From positions 1 through 49,114 of the forward strand of contig JAUCBJ010006584.1 in the NCBI GenBank assembly GCA_032718475.1: a stretch of DNA of 49,114 nucleotides. Reading direction: 5' to 3'. Positions 1 through 11,884 of the stretch are shown one piece after another (position 1 is the stretch's first letter; each line of letters starts with the position of its first letter). A program made the translations under genes and the position numbers. Below the pieces are notes generated by a model. It did no database searches and was not told the origin of the DNA. It worked only from the letters and a program-made list of their open reading frames with translations. Source of the stretch: Nemertoderma westbladi (Eukaryota; Animalia; Xenacoelomorpha).

Positions 1-9
1 TACTACTAA

Positions 10-1323
10 GGACACCAACGGCGAACCTGTTACTCCGACGTAAGGTGTGCAAAGTGCGGTGCGAAACATCACATCTTGTTACACAGTGAGTTCGAACGAG
101 ACAACCCGAGTCAGGTAAGTGAGCCCGAACTACATGTCCAATTCAGTGATGTAAATGACACTGATCAAGAGTCTGAGATGGAAGGATTCTATACTGACGA
201 ATTCTCCGACGCCAACGAATCCTGTTACCTAATAAATACCTCAGTGTATCGAGCACTTACTTATGAAAAGGACACCGACAATGAGTTCCCCCCAACTACT
301 TTTGCCAGACAACCATCTTGGAAAGCTCCAACTTCCAACGTAGGAATCAGAGAATTTCCTGTAGTGCAGGTAAGAGTTCATGGTCCTAACAAAAGTTACA
401 TAGTGAACGCCCTCCTTGACTCCGGCAGCACAGGAACATTCATCGATCAAGAACTAGCCGAAGATATCTTTGCTGGACAACCCAAATTCCGGACTAAATT
501 GAATATGTCAGGAATTATGCAGGTTTGGAAATCTACCCTAACGGCAGACTACTATGTAGGTGTGTTGTCCACCCCCCAGGATAAATTAGGAGCACAAGGT
601 ATAAGGTCGGTAAAAATGGTGGCTATAAAGAACTTCGCTACTACCCAAGCAGACCTTTATAATTGGGACGAGGATGAGAGCATCCAACATCTTAAGATAC
701 CTCGATTCCAGACAGATTATCCTGGAGTGCAAATACTCATCGGCCAAAACGCGCATGAGGCGCTCGAGACATTGGAGAAACGGCCTGCTCAACCGCAGCC
801 ACTACAAACCTATGCGGTAAGAACTAGAGTAGGTTGGTACTTCACTGGCCCTTCCCGTAGAACTCTCAAAGAGAGATTACCTCAACAACAGGTATACCAA
901 GTAAAGGAATGGGAAGTGGAGAGTAGTGATGTGGACGATCCAACTGAGGGAACACCATACTCCTCAGATAATGACGATATTAACTCCAATGTAGATCAAT
1001 GGAGACATTGCCTTGGGACGATTAATCCAGCCGACATCGCTTCCAGAGGAGCAACTCCTCAAGAACTGATAGATACTCCAGGCTGGTTAGGTGGATCCGA
1101 CTTCTTAAGTAAAGAAGAAGAAGAATGGCCTCCTCATCTTACCACGGCGGAGATTAGACAGGCCAAGGGAGCGGAGAAAGTAACACAACAACTCAATCGC
1201 CCAGCTGGTCGTTTATGTTTACTGGAAAGAGACCGAAAACTGTCCGGAAACTATAGAAGGCAAGATACTCTTCCTACGACCACTTCCCTAATCCGACAAA
1301 TATCTAGGGACTCCATAACGTAA
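10..1323 (+). mobile_element. BEL/Pao LTR retrotransposon gag-pol remnant (Gag zinc knuckles, aspartic protease, RNase H tail and integrase tail; RT and integrase core absent)
   Basis: Frame 1 reads GHQRRTC..CAKCGAKHHILLH (BEL-type knuckles), ALLDSGSTGTFI (protease), ILIG..AVRTRVGW..GP, QWRHCLGTINPADIASRG...W..G..FL....WP (BEL RNase H end) and RPAGRLCLLE (BEL Pol C-terminal motif). In-frame TAA at 7-9. Confidence 0.88.
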
Positions 1324-1341
1324 TAACATATGGAGTGGGCA

Positions 1342-1751
1342 TGTGACTATATCATTTTATATTTGTTTTTATTTTATATTTATGTATGTATTATTATGTA
1401 ATTTTATTATAATCGTTTCCTTTAATTTTATTTAGTAGAAGGTTATTTTAGATTATTTGGTAGATTAGTGCAATATATTAGTGTTTATTACGTAATTACA
1501 GATATATAATATATATTTAGTGTGACGGCGAGAAATAATTTTTTCTCTTTCCTTACTGTCCGTATCATATTATAAATACGTGACTACAGTAAGATGAAAT
1601 GTCCGTACTTATTAAAGTACAATAAAGCCACTACTATATTTAAGTATTATTGGTAGGCAGAGTATTAGGAATGCAAAGTTCAGATCCTCGTGTCTCGGCT
1701 AAACCAAGCTCTGGGTAGACCTTGGAAACGACTTGCCTCTTCACACTGACA
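1342..1751 (+). repeat. Probable 3' LTR of the BEL/Pao element (right boundary approximate)
   Basis: A purine-rich tract GGAGTGGGCA follows the ORF stop and is followed by TGT at 1342. TATAAATA lies at about 1571, AATAAA at 1621, and candidate ACA ends at 1745 or 1751. No second LTR is in the window to confirm. Confidence 0.5.
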
Positions 1752-1840
1752 TTGCTTCGTGCGATATTGCTCTTCTACTTTATATTAAATAATACATATA
1801 GTAGCGTGATGTCCCTATAACAGTAGCGTAAAACGCAAAT

Positions 1841-2135
1841 AAATCTGTTAAACCTTTTGACCATCTGTAATTCTAGTCGATTAAGATATCGCGGCACCCA
1901 CCGATATACTTGAAAGACAAATTCTAGAATCAGTGGTTAACGTCCCCAGACAAGTTCTGGAATAAATCGGTGCCCATCTTAACTATTAATTTAATATTTA
2001 TTAAAATCTGTAAAATTCAGATCCTTTAAAATTTCTAGTCAATTAAGATATCGCAGCGTTTACCGATACTCTTAAAGGACAATTTTATAGAATTAAGGAT
2101 CCTCAGTCCCCAGACATGCTCTGGAATAAAAATTG
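1841..2135. repeat. Diverged two-copy tandem repeat (period about 163 bp), each copy forming a long stem-loop plus a short CCAGA-N5-TCTGG hairpin
   Basis: Shared blocks AAATCTGT, TTCTAGTC..TTAAGATATCGC..CCGATA and GTCCCCAGACA..TCTGGAATAAA at 1841-1966 and 2004-2130. Confidence 0.8.
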
Positions 2136-2726
2136 TGTCAATTTTAACATCAAATAATAAAATTCACGGGAATAAATTTAAATTCATATTTTAAATGAAT
2201 TTCATAAATTGTCATTTTGTGCAATTTATAACATTCCCAAAATTCCATTAATTAATAGATCATGGGAGCGGAGACTCATCCTATTGAGTGTATTAGAGTG
2301 CGAGAATCTCCAACATATAGTCAATAGCCGATAAAATTAATAAAATCATGTATAAAGAGGATATTGACAATTAAAGAATTACTATTAAATAGCATTCCAG
2401 ATCTGTATGCATGAGAATTACCCTAATTCTACCGCTAGCATTCCATAATGTCACCATAGCAACACCCACGCTAGAATTAGAAGCAAGTTAAAAGAACAAT
2501 AGAAAGCTTGTCCCATTGCATAGCATAGAGAATACATAGCACACTGTTAGTATCCAAAGATACAAAGTAATAACGTGACATTCTGGAAGGCACTGACTAA
2601 CGGACAAATGGCCTGTATGTGTACAATTGGTGACAGTTGTGTGGAATTTGTGCGTTTATAGGTGAATGTTACTGCTAAAGTATGTTTACAGTAGCTAGTC
2701 GCAATTGTGAAAGTAGCCCAACTCTC

Positions 2727-2736
2727 CTATAAAAAG
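2727..2736 (+). promoter_or_regulatory. Candidate TATA box upstream of the CCHC-knuckle ORF
   Basis: CTATAAAAAG lies about 220 bp upstream of the ATG at 2950, just before a more GC-rich stretch. Confidence 0.3.
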
Positions 2737-2949
2737 AACCTAAAGTGGATTCAAGCCTTTGGGACGGACAGTGGAGTGACTTGTGCCAGTTATCGTTGTC
2801 GTGCTGTTGCTACATGTTGGCGTAAACACCGCGACGACGGTACATCGGCGCTGAGAATCCCACTGTCCGGGGGCAAAGAGAGGTAGGCAGCGACGTCCGC
2901 TCGCCTAAACATAAACTCATTTCGATATTAATAAACTCAGATAGCAGAT

Positions 2950-4449
2950 ATGACGGAGTTGATAGAAGATGATCTTGGTATCAGGGAGCGATATACTCTA
3001 CCTTTACAAGCATTTGTGGATAGCTTAATACGCGGTGAAGCCGATCCAACCATTACGGAGGACGATGGTCGTTATATCGAACCGCCGATGTCCCAAGAGC
3101 AACTTACGCGTGAATTGGACTATCGAAAATTCACCGCTCGCTATATGCATCGTAATGGTACGTATATGGACTTCTTAACTACCGGCCATCCTATCGATTT
3201 ACATGATACGGACGATGTAGACACCGAAAGGGAAATGGTTCTATTTAAATATCATACCCAGCGGAGTCGTAACGATAAACCGAGAATAGATCACGAAAAT
3301 TCTATTCGTAACAGACTGGGAAGACGAACCAATATGCCTAGAATCTGAGGAGATTCAGCCTATCGCGCCCGGAACAGCGACAACGATTACATCCTAGAAT
3401 GGTATCAAGGTCCACAGTGTCTCACTGCGTACAATTATCGCCATGCCAACTATGTTTCTCGGCAACGTTGTCGGTTATGCGCATCGAGAGACCATGTTAC
3501 GCCCATGGACACAAACGTCCGCTGTTCCTATTTCCACGAACAACCGGTGATGGAAATTTATTGTGCGTATTGCAGACTCAATAACTTGCACATTTTTGCG
3601 GTTTGCCCTCAATTTATGACTCAATGTCACCATTGTCAACTAAAGGGACACGCCAGTTTCGATTGCCCTTTTTATCACGATTTGGAAAGCGTAGATGAAA
3701 TGATCACACTACGTTACATCAGAGCTTGGGAAGCGAACGCTGATTTACATTGTGATTCGCGCCATCGCTATTATCCTGGACGCGCTTACGAAGGAGTTTA
3801 TGCGTTCCATCCTTATCTATTCGCTTCTGTCGAACAGAAATCACGCATATCGAGTCACGAACTACTGAAGCGCGTCGGAGAATGTATTTCAACCAAGTTC
3901 GTACGCAAATTTCTCAGGAGTGTTAATCCTAGCGACCTTCATTCCTATAACTTAATCAATTATATCTGTCAGGATCCGGACTATGGAGACTTATTTGTTA
4001 ACTCACACCCCGAGTTACAGGAAGTATATCGACGGCCTTACGAATACCGAGCCCGCGAACGCGAGTTGGAAAGAACCATTAAACCCCGGAGGTTTCTAAC
4101 TGCCTATGGTCCACCCACGGCTCTTGTTCAGACCACTCGTAAAGGACCCGTAAGAGCGGCTGTCTTAAAACGCGCTCTCAAAGCCGTTAGACCCCGCTCC
4201 CCCGACGTTGATGTCAATCAACCCGGCACTTCGACTGGCGGATACACCGACCATAATCCTACACCCTCTGATGCAATTATATTGCACCCTTCACCCAGGA
4301 GTTATAGCCCTCCTTGTAAGGTGGCTCGCCCCAAAGAGAAAAGGACTCTGGCCAGCTTTAAAAACTGCGTAAACGCCGTTCGCGCAAGAAAGGCTAACTG
4401 TTTAGAGTATTTACATATATTAGAAACTGTGATTTTTGTATATTTATAA
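2950..4449 (+). pseudogene. About 500-codon ORF with CCHC zinc knuckles, interrupted by one in-frame TGA (probably mobile-element derived)
   Basis: ORFs 2950..3348 and 3505..4449 are in the same frame, and the interval between them is open (GDSAYRARN...CRLCASRDHVTP). Motifs are CAYC-x5-H-x4-C and CHHC-x3-GH-x4-C. Confidence 0.6.
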
Positions 4450-5756
4450 TCTTGAATCCCATTTTCTGGGAGCGGTGTAAAAGCTTTTGCGGATATAATC
4501 AGTCCCCCTCGCCCGCAAGGTACCGTTATAGGTGTTTTAACGGACATAAAAGTCATTCTTCTATATGTGTGCTTTGGCGGACATGGTAAGGCAAAAAACC
4601 CGCAATGCGTCAAATACCCTGGCACAGCTTAGCCTTGATGATTCAGATTACGACATCTAACAGCTGGTTGCTGAAATGGAAACGGCCATTGGACACATGG
4701 TTCTTTGTTTAGCTTAACAGCCAATCAGAGCGATTTTTTCTGTCGATGTGGAGATATTTGGCAGATCGTGCTAGGAGTGTTCAGTATTACTGTTTTTCTT
4801 GATACTGTTGTGTTGTTTCTATCTAGGCCAGGAACACCGGCTCTAGAGTCAATTCGTTTCAGACTTTAGAAGAAACATTAGTAGGCTTAGATTATAGAGC
4901 GTATAACTGTTATCGGTCCAGTCAAACAGTGTTACCATCTTAACCTACCGTCTTAATGCTATTTACTGTTGTGTTTTGGTTGAATATTATTTGGAGAACA
5001 TCTATAAAGAACCCAAATTTCCCAATTTTCTTGATACACTACAGGTTAGAGAGATGGGTTACATATAGCGATTGCGACTTATATTGTTGTGGTTTGTAGT
5101 GAATTTAATGCTATTTGATAAGCACTACATGAGTCAGTTTCTGTTCTCTTTATATATGATAAAATTCATTGACGGTCGGCAAATTAGTGAGCAGTATTGT
5201 GCGTTACCGGTAGTGTGCATGATTGTGGCTGATAACTAAGCATTTCCTAAAGAATGCGCCTCATACGTGAATCATAAGCCTTACAGTCTTACAGTTGTGT
5301 TTAGTATAAGTCATATCTCTGTTTACCTAGATAGAGCGCCACGTCCTAAAGGAACTGTTAATATTTCCCGAAAGTGAATAATACTCGTCAGAAATTACTT
5401 ATTAACGATCAATCGAATAATACAGTAAGCTTACACTGCAATAACAATCTAAGCCCTCCGAATCCAGTCTCCCGGGTATATCCAGCGGGTGAATGGACGC
5501 GCACTAGGCTGGCTTCGGCTAATGTTGTGTTTATTGGTATTAAATATTTGTCATTTTCTAAAGTCTATTTATAAACCAAAAGACATATAAATTTTGGCAG
5601 GTTAAACTGCTAAAGGTCTTCAAAAGCGCGTACAGAGGCTGCTATTCGCCCTCCTAAGGTCATCATCCCTTTGCCTTGTTGATAATAGCGGGAATCGTTT
5701 TAAAATCTGTTGTCGTATTATTAATTAAATACAATAGAATTGTACTAGGCGGAGAT

Positions 5757-7026
5757 CCACGAAGCTAAGGAAAATCAACTACTTTCGCTAAGAAAGATTT
5801 TCCTTAGCTGAGATGGTCTATTCATAGTGGGCTATTTTACTTGTATGGAGCAGATTTGGGGTTTTTTGGTCGGGGAAAAAACTAGCCTTTAAAAGTACCC
5901 TGAAATTTTGCATGTATGTACTACTCATCGAGGCGCGTCGTGTGGGATGGGTCTCATATTCAGGAAAAATCTGGTTTCCATGGCAACGGACTTAGAAAAA
6001 AGTCTATGTATTTCAAGTCAATATTTATAACTCTATTTGTAGGAAAACTATAATAGATATAAACTTGGGGTTTCTCAACTCAACTATAAGGTCCGCAGCA
6101 GAGCTGATTGAGGTTCAATAGAAAATCCAGTTGCCTTGGCAACCGGGCTAGACAGATGTTAAAATTTATAAAATGTTAATTTGAAGCCTAAGGTTAAGGT
6201 GTTATGACTTGGGACCAACCCCTACCCCCACTATATAACTTATTCTGCATCCGAATTACATTGTTCTATTTTTCAGTTACCATGACAACCGCTGAAAACA
6301 GATGTTTTTATTCAAAACTTATTCATTTGGACATAGACTTCACGATAAAATTTTACAAAACTGGGTATGTGTTATCTGGACCATTAGTTGGAACTTTTAG
6401 TGAAACTTAAATTATTCCAGAAATTTAGTTACCATGGTAACTGTAGTTTATTAAACTCTATATCATTCAAATCTATATTGATAACTCTATTTGTAGCAAA
6501 ACTGTAATATATATAAACTTGGGGTTTTGCAACTCATCTATAAGATCCATATCCAAGACGTTTGAGGTTAATTAGAAAATACAGTTACCATAGCAACAAG
6601 TCTAAACAGATGTTAAAATTTATAAAATGATAATTTGAAGCACAAGTTAATAGTATTATGACTTGGGACCAACCCCTACCCCCACTATATGACTTATTCT
6701 GCATCCGAATTACATTGTTCTATTTTTCAGTTTCTATGACAACCACTGCAAACAGATGCATTTTGATAGAAAATCGGTAATTTGGACATAAACTACAATA
6801 TTTTCTGAAACTCAGTATATGACGTGTTATCTGAACCACAATCTGTACTGAATTTTTTTTCAAAGGTTAAAGCAACAGTTCCAGAGAACTCTAGTTTCCA
6901 TGGGAATAGAAGTTAATTATTGACAATTGCTACTAAACGAGGCTAAGCAACGAACCAAAGTGTGGCAGTTTGTTTAATTTTCCTTAGCTTCGTGGTTGCA
7001 TTTCCTTTAGGAAATGCCTTTCTCGT
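5757..7026 (+). mobile_element. Non-autonomous Helentron/HINE (DINE-1-like) element with internal tandem repeats
   Basis: A 19-bp subterminal inverted repeat CCACGAAGCTAAGGAAAAT lies at 5757-5775 and 6977-6995. A nearby 5' partial inverted copy lies at 5796-5809, and a 3' stem-loop GCATTTCCT-TT-AGGAAATGC at 6998-7017. Confidence 0.75.
5974..6907. repeat. About 150-bp subrepeats forming a 454-bp higher-order repeat, each with a GTTnCCATGGnAAC-like palindrome
   Basis: Motif starts are at 5974, 6130, 6276, 6428, 6584, 6730 and 6894. Segments starting at 6027 and 6481 (ATAACTCTATTTGTAG...) align. Confidence 0.85.
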
Positions 7027-7404
7027 ATAAAAAACAGTATGTAAAGGACAAAGGTATTTCATTTGCAAATGTAAATCGATAACTCAAAAGCACAAACAAA
7101 GTAAAGAATTGGAAAGAGAAGAGGGGGGGGGGGGGGGGGGCAGACTAAAAGAAATGGGTTAATCACCTTGACATGCATACGAAAACAACATAAGGGTTTC
7201 AAACACGATTGATTATGAAAACCCGAGTTAAGCGAGGCGCGTATTAGAAATCCTTCAAATAGATAGAAACATTAAATTTATGGAAGACCAAGGGGAGTAG
7301 GTTAAAGGTGAAAGTTTCCGTAGCCAAAAGAGTAAACAAGGTTACAATAACACTGGTTCGTGCCGGATCGATAGATAGGCGAGAGGCACAGACACTCAAA
7401 CAAC

Positions 7405-7488
7405 CTGCTCTGCAGCCAGCCGTTCTATGTTCAACATTTCATCTAATTCCTTTTGTCTTTCCAGTGTTTTCCTCTTTAGGGCTATTTC
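7405..7488 (-). CDS. SPATA1: SPATA1-like gene, downstream coiled-coil exon (EIALKRKTLERQKELDEMLNIERLAAEQ)
   Basis: CCACAG acceptor, phase 0 matching the previous exon. It ends at a weak GTTGTT donor or runs on to TGA at 7396-7398. Confidence 0.6.
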
Positions 7489-7647
7489 CTGTGGTAATAT
7501 TTAACTTGAATTACCAAGAAATATAATTCAATAAATAATTCAGTCAACAAACTAAAATAACACCATCCCAACTCAGTAAGTACCTGTAAATGTACCCGCC
7601 CACGCTTCGTGGCATGAAATGCAGTTTGTTAACAGAAATATAATTAC

Positions 7648-7774
7648 CTGTATAAGGATTTCTTTCTCGCGTTCCAATTCTTGTTGTGCCAACTTCCATT
7701 CGATATCCGTTATAAGTTCCGAATCGATATCGATATCTCCATTTCTATTCGCCTTAACGTCGTCGGTGTCGCCT
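7648..7774 (-). CDS. SPATA1: SPATA1-like gene exon (GDTDDVKANRNGDIDIDSELITDIEWKLAQQELEREKEILIQ)
   Basis: TTATAG acceptor and GTAATT donor; phase-compatible with both neighbouring exons. Confidence 0.7.
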
Positions 7775-7889
7775 CTATAAGATATAATCGGCGTTGCTAT
7801 CGATACAAAAATTACATTTATTTTACCGACGGGACATTGAACACAGAGAAATATAAAATATAATAATAATAACAATAAATTAGACTTAC

Positions 7890-7962
7890 TCATAGTTCTG
7901 TTGCTGTTCTGCCCTCACTGGAGTTAATGGTTCGTGAGATATATTCGAGAAGTTATTATGTT
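7890..7962 (-). CDS. SPATA1: SPATA1-like gene exon (EHNNFSNISHEPLTPVRAEQQQNYE)
   Basis: TTTTTCAG acceptor and GTAAGT donor; phase-compatible. Confidence 0.7.
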
Positions 7963-9714
7963 CTGAAAAAATATAAAAAAAAGGATGTTTATTTGATTAT
8001 TTATAAAATATAAATTAGAAATATGTTAAAAACTGAAACAACATTATACTGGTATTTGGTATTCATAGTATTGACTATAACCGAGGTGGTTAGTTACTTC
8101 CACACCAGTGCCACGAATGTTTCTACTATTACTAAATCGATATTATTAAAAAAAGGTAAAATTTGATCATTGGAAATATTATCTTAAGTGACCTGTTTGT
8201 CACACTAGGCTATTAAGGTGCCTCTTCTGAGGAATTGATTGGGTCGGAATGGTGTGAAATTTTGATGGGAATAAATTTAGCGTCTAAGACGTGGAACCAA
8301 AAAAAATAAAAAAAATTATTTTGGAAATTTTCAAAAATTGTATTTTTAAAGAAAAAAAACAGGTATTTTTTACCGTTTTTTGTGATGTAACTTTTGCAAT
8401 TGTTAACCTACATGTTTAAATGTTACCATATATAAAGGATTGGTAAAAGAACATAATGAAAATTTCATGCAATTTGGTCCAGAAAGTGTTCCGAAGAAAC
8501 AGGAACATGAGTAGAAATAAAAAAAAAACAAAGAAAAATATAATTGTGAGAAAATGGAATTGAAATCTGTCATAACATCCTGTCAATTTTTGTTAAATGG
8601 AGGGATATTTCAAACTATATTCAAAAATAAAGAAGAATCCTTCTGAAACTAAATTTTTTCCATATGGGATTTTATTGCATTTCCGATGACAGATTAACGT
8701 TTGATCAATTCAGACTGTCAGTCTGTCTGCTTATCAGACAATATGCCTATCTGTCAGTCAATATTTAGCCCACTACCGACCGGAAAGTATGGCTATGGGG
8801 GCTTTCCTGGTCAGTGATTCCATTTCTTATGTCAGTACTTACATATGAAGGCTTTGTGTTGCTCTGTATACCTTTCAGGTCTGTCCGTCAAAATATAACA
8901 GACAGATGGATAGACAATGTAGTATCCGTTAACTGTTAAAACAGACTTATTAAACGGAATTTTAGACCAGGAAAAATCCTACGTCAAAACTTTCAGTTCT
9001 GTATAGCATTCATAATTTTTAACTGACAAATGTTACAGGTCAATATACAGACAGTCAGGCCGACAGACCGAATATACATGCTGGCAGGCAGAAATACAGA
9101 TATTCTAGAATCCATAAAAAAAAACATTAAAAATCTGACATTAGAAGTAAAATAGAACAAAACAGGAAAAATTATATAACGAAAATTATCCAATGCTTTA
9201 TTTTGTCAGACAGACCGACTGACAGGCAGACAGACAGCTATAACTCGAGTACTAAAATAGTTCTCTCTATGTCTCTTCAGTTTTGAAATCGCCATGAAAT
9301 TTTGATCCAGAAACATTTATAAATTTTTTCACAAACAGATCCCACCATGATCCGGCGTCTTCAGGCAAGGAGGAGAATGACTTTGTATGGGCCGAACCTA
9401 AGGTTACCAGTCAAGGAGACATTGTCATCGAGATTTATTGAATATATCTCGAAGCCTTATACCCCGAGGATTACCGAAGCTTTAAGGGTGATGGGCTCCG
9501 TAATTTTAATACATACCGTAGGTTTACGTACCAGTACTGCTCATAGATCGGCCACACGACAAGGATACGTTGTCGGTGGTCGCCTAGAACCGCTCATAAT
9601 GAATGAAACTATATATTTGGGGATGTCGGACTTCTTTGTCCAACAACAAAAATGAGTAGGCCCTAATAGTCATATTCATATTGTATGCAAGATATTACAG
9701 TAATTAATTATTAC

Positions 9715-9925
9715 CGGTGACATCCCGAGCAGAAGATGGTAAATCATAATAGTTGTTCTCCGTCGAAAGGGAAGCCTTCTCATTGGACGCAGATGGAATG
9801 GGTGGATGTTTATGATTGGCTGATGCAGCGAGTGTTAAAAACACACCAACTGAAGGTGAACCAGGTGGCGTCGCAGAGAGACAGAGTCGTGATGGTTCGT
9901 TACTAGCGAATACGGAACTATAAGT
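9715..9925 (-). CDS. SPATA1: SPATA1-like gene exon, Ser/Pro-rich linker (TYSSVFASNEPSR...SSARDVT)
   Basis: TTTGTTAG acceptor and GTAAT donor; open and phase-compatible; locally higher GC. Confidence 0.6.
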
Positions 9926-10531
9926 CTAACAAATTGGAAATAATAGAAACTAAATAATATATTTTTAAATAATAGTTTATTAATAATAATCTAGTAGAAA
10001 ATGAAGGTATTATTGTCGCGAGAAATGTTTTTATCCTTAAATTGTTACTTTTACGCTCGAATATACCCCAAAATTGGGAAAAAGGGAAGTTCACTTTTTC
10101 CCTATGGAAAAAATAACCCATAGGATTGCATTGATTTTACTTTATATCCCTGCGAGAAAGTATAATGAAATATTTTTGGTGGAATTTCTTAAAATTGTAT
10201 TTCATGTGTTGAAAGAATTTCATTTAATTAAAGAATTTAGCAACAAACAAGTACCAATTTAAGAATAAAATTACGTATTACAAGGAAAACAAACGTAGAG
10301 CATTTATTTCAATATTATCTCGACCCTTTATTAATCTCGCTGGCGCTCGGTAAATAAAATGCCTCGAGAATAGTGAGAAAAGTTATACTTTATTCTTATG
10401 TACTAAACTACTGTAATCCTAGTTACTTATATCTTGTCTTTGTCGATATTAATTGATTAAATATTGAGGAGTTTTATAAACATATTGATTAAATAAAATT
10501 ATGTATCGTCGGGGATAACATATTAACTTAC

Positions 10532-10677
10532 AGGCCTGTTCGTTACATGGGCTGGTTTGTGCGGACTGGACGACTGGTTGTTATGGGAACCGTTGGGTTG
10601 GCGATATGGTTGGACTGGCCAATGGACTGACTGCGGGGTGTCGCCAACAGCTGGGGATGATGTCTCCATAGAATCAG
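10532..10677 (-). CDS. SPATA1: SPATA1-like gene exon (TDSMETSSPAVGDTPQ...HVTNRP)
   Basis: TTTCAG acceptor and GTAAGT donor; only the phase-compatible frame is open. Confidence 0.65.
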
Positions 10678-11178
10678 CTGAAACGTAAAGAATTCATTAA
10701 ACTACTGTATATTAACGCAAACCTCGAAATATCCTGCTCACTTACTTTTCAGTGGAAGATTTGTATGGACTGTATTTAAAAAGACATTCTGATCTTCAAT
10801 AGTGTTGTTTAGTAATTATTTTATTTTTATAAGACACCAACCCCTTCAGCATGACTAACATACCTGATAGTTTAATTTATGCTCCTTTCACACTGTGGAA
10901 CTTGATAAACGAATATTCCATTCATACATTACAGAGATAGCTTGAGGCCAGATTGAAGCAAGCATGACCGACTTACCGCTGTTAAGCAGTAGCTTCAATT
11001 TTAACTTGATAACGCCGCGGCTGTGTGAACCGGGCATTAGTAAGCAGACTGACTCAGAATTTCAAGTGTGCTAGTCCCAGATTTCAAAATTCAACCACAA
11101 CCATATCGCCCTGGTGTTCCTCAACATAGCCATAAATACTCATAAAAGTGCAACTGTATTGTAAGTGCATCGACTTAC

Positions 11179-11365
11179 TCAGCCCGACATCAGAATCCCT
11201 GCTGATAGACTCCTGGTCCCGTTCGTAGCCACCAGTACCGGTATCGTAAACTTTCGATTTCGTGGAGGTCGTATCTTTTGAGTTGGCCCGTGGCCTGTTT
11301 AGGATGAATAACTCTGGACTGTAGGCATAGGGCGGTAAAAAGTGTTTCACTTTCATTTGTGTTTC
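11179..11365 (-). CDS. SPATA1: SPATA1-like gene coding exon 3 (ETQMKVKHFLPPYAYSPELFIL...)
   Basis: TTTTAG acceptor and GTAAGT donor. It continues the SPATA1 N-terminal domain pattern (E..K.K.F.PPYA..PEL..L) in phase with the exon at 23370-23537. Confidence 0.8.
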
Positions 11366-11417
11366 CTAAAAACAAAAAATAAAATGCATTTCTATTATTG
11401 AATACTGTGTTCCGCCT

Positions 11418-11640
11418 CAACCCCAACCCCCACCCCCCACTAACCATTAAAATACCATCCTCCCTGACCCGACCCCATCTCCAATCTGAACCCCCCCCCC
11501 CCCCCCCCCCATCTCCTATCTGAACCCCCCTCCCCCGGCCCATCTCCAATCTGAACCCACCTGCCCCATCTCCAATCTGAACCCACCTCCCCCATCTCCT
11601 ACCTGAACCCCCCTCCCCCATCTCTCTGACTCTGACCCTT
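11418..11640. repeat. C-rich imperfect tandem repeat (CCCCATCTCCAATCTGAACCC, unit about 25-30 bp)
   Basis: About five copies are visible, with poly-C runs. Confidence 0.8.
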
Positions 11641-11884
11641 ACGGCCTTACCCAATATTAGTTCCTGATCTATACACTGTATTAGTTTCTTGCGGTGTACC
11701 AGTATCGAATGCCATAGTGCAGTAGTGCTGTAGGCCTAGTGTAGTAGTGCTACTGGCTAACTGGTAACGGTAACATTTCTGCATTTAGCGGTACCGGTAC
11801 ATTAGGTCTACAATCTACAAATCTCTATTATCTTTATACGGAAAGGACAAACAAAGTGCAGCAGTGGAGCGAGTAAGAGGAACC

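Noticed and set aside
8210-9345. Probable old non-autonomous DNA transposon rich in GACAG/CTGTC motifs
   Set aside because: Matching termini and a TSD could not be defined.
10746-10769. Possible 24-nt SPATA1 microexon (IHTNLPLK)
   Set aside because: It has AG/GTAAGT borders and preserves phase, but is not needed for the frame and cannot be supported without transcript data.
11190-11654. Gly-rich 154-aa minus-strand ORF
   Set aside because: Derived from the C-rich repeat and overlaps the SPATA1 exon in the wrong frame.
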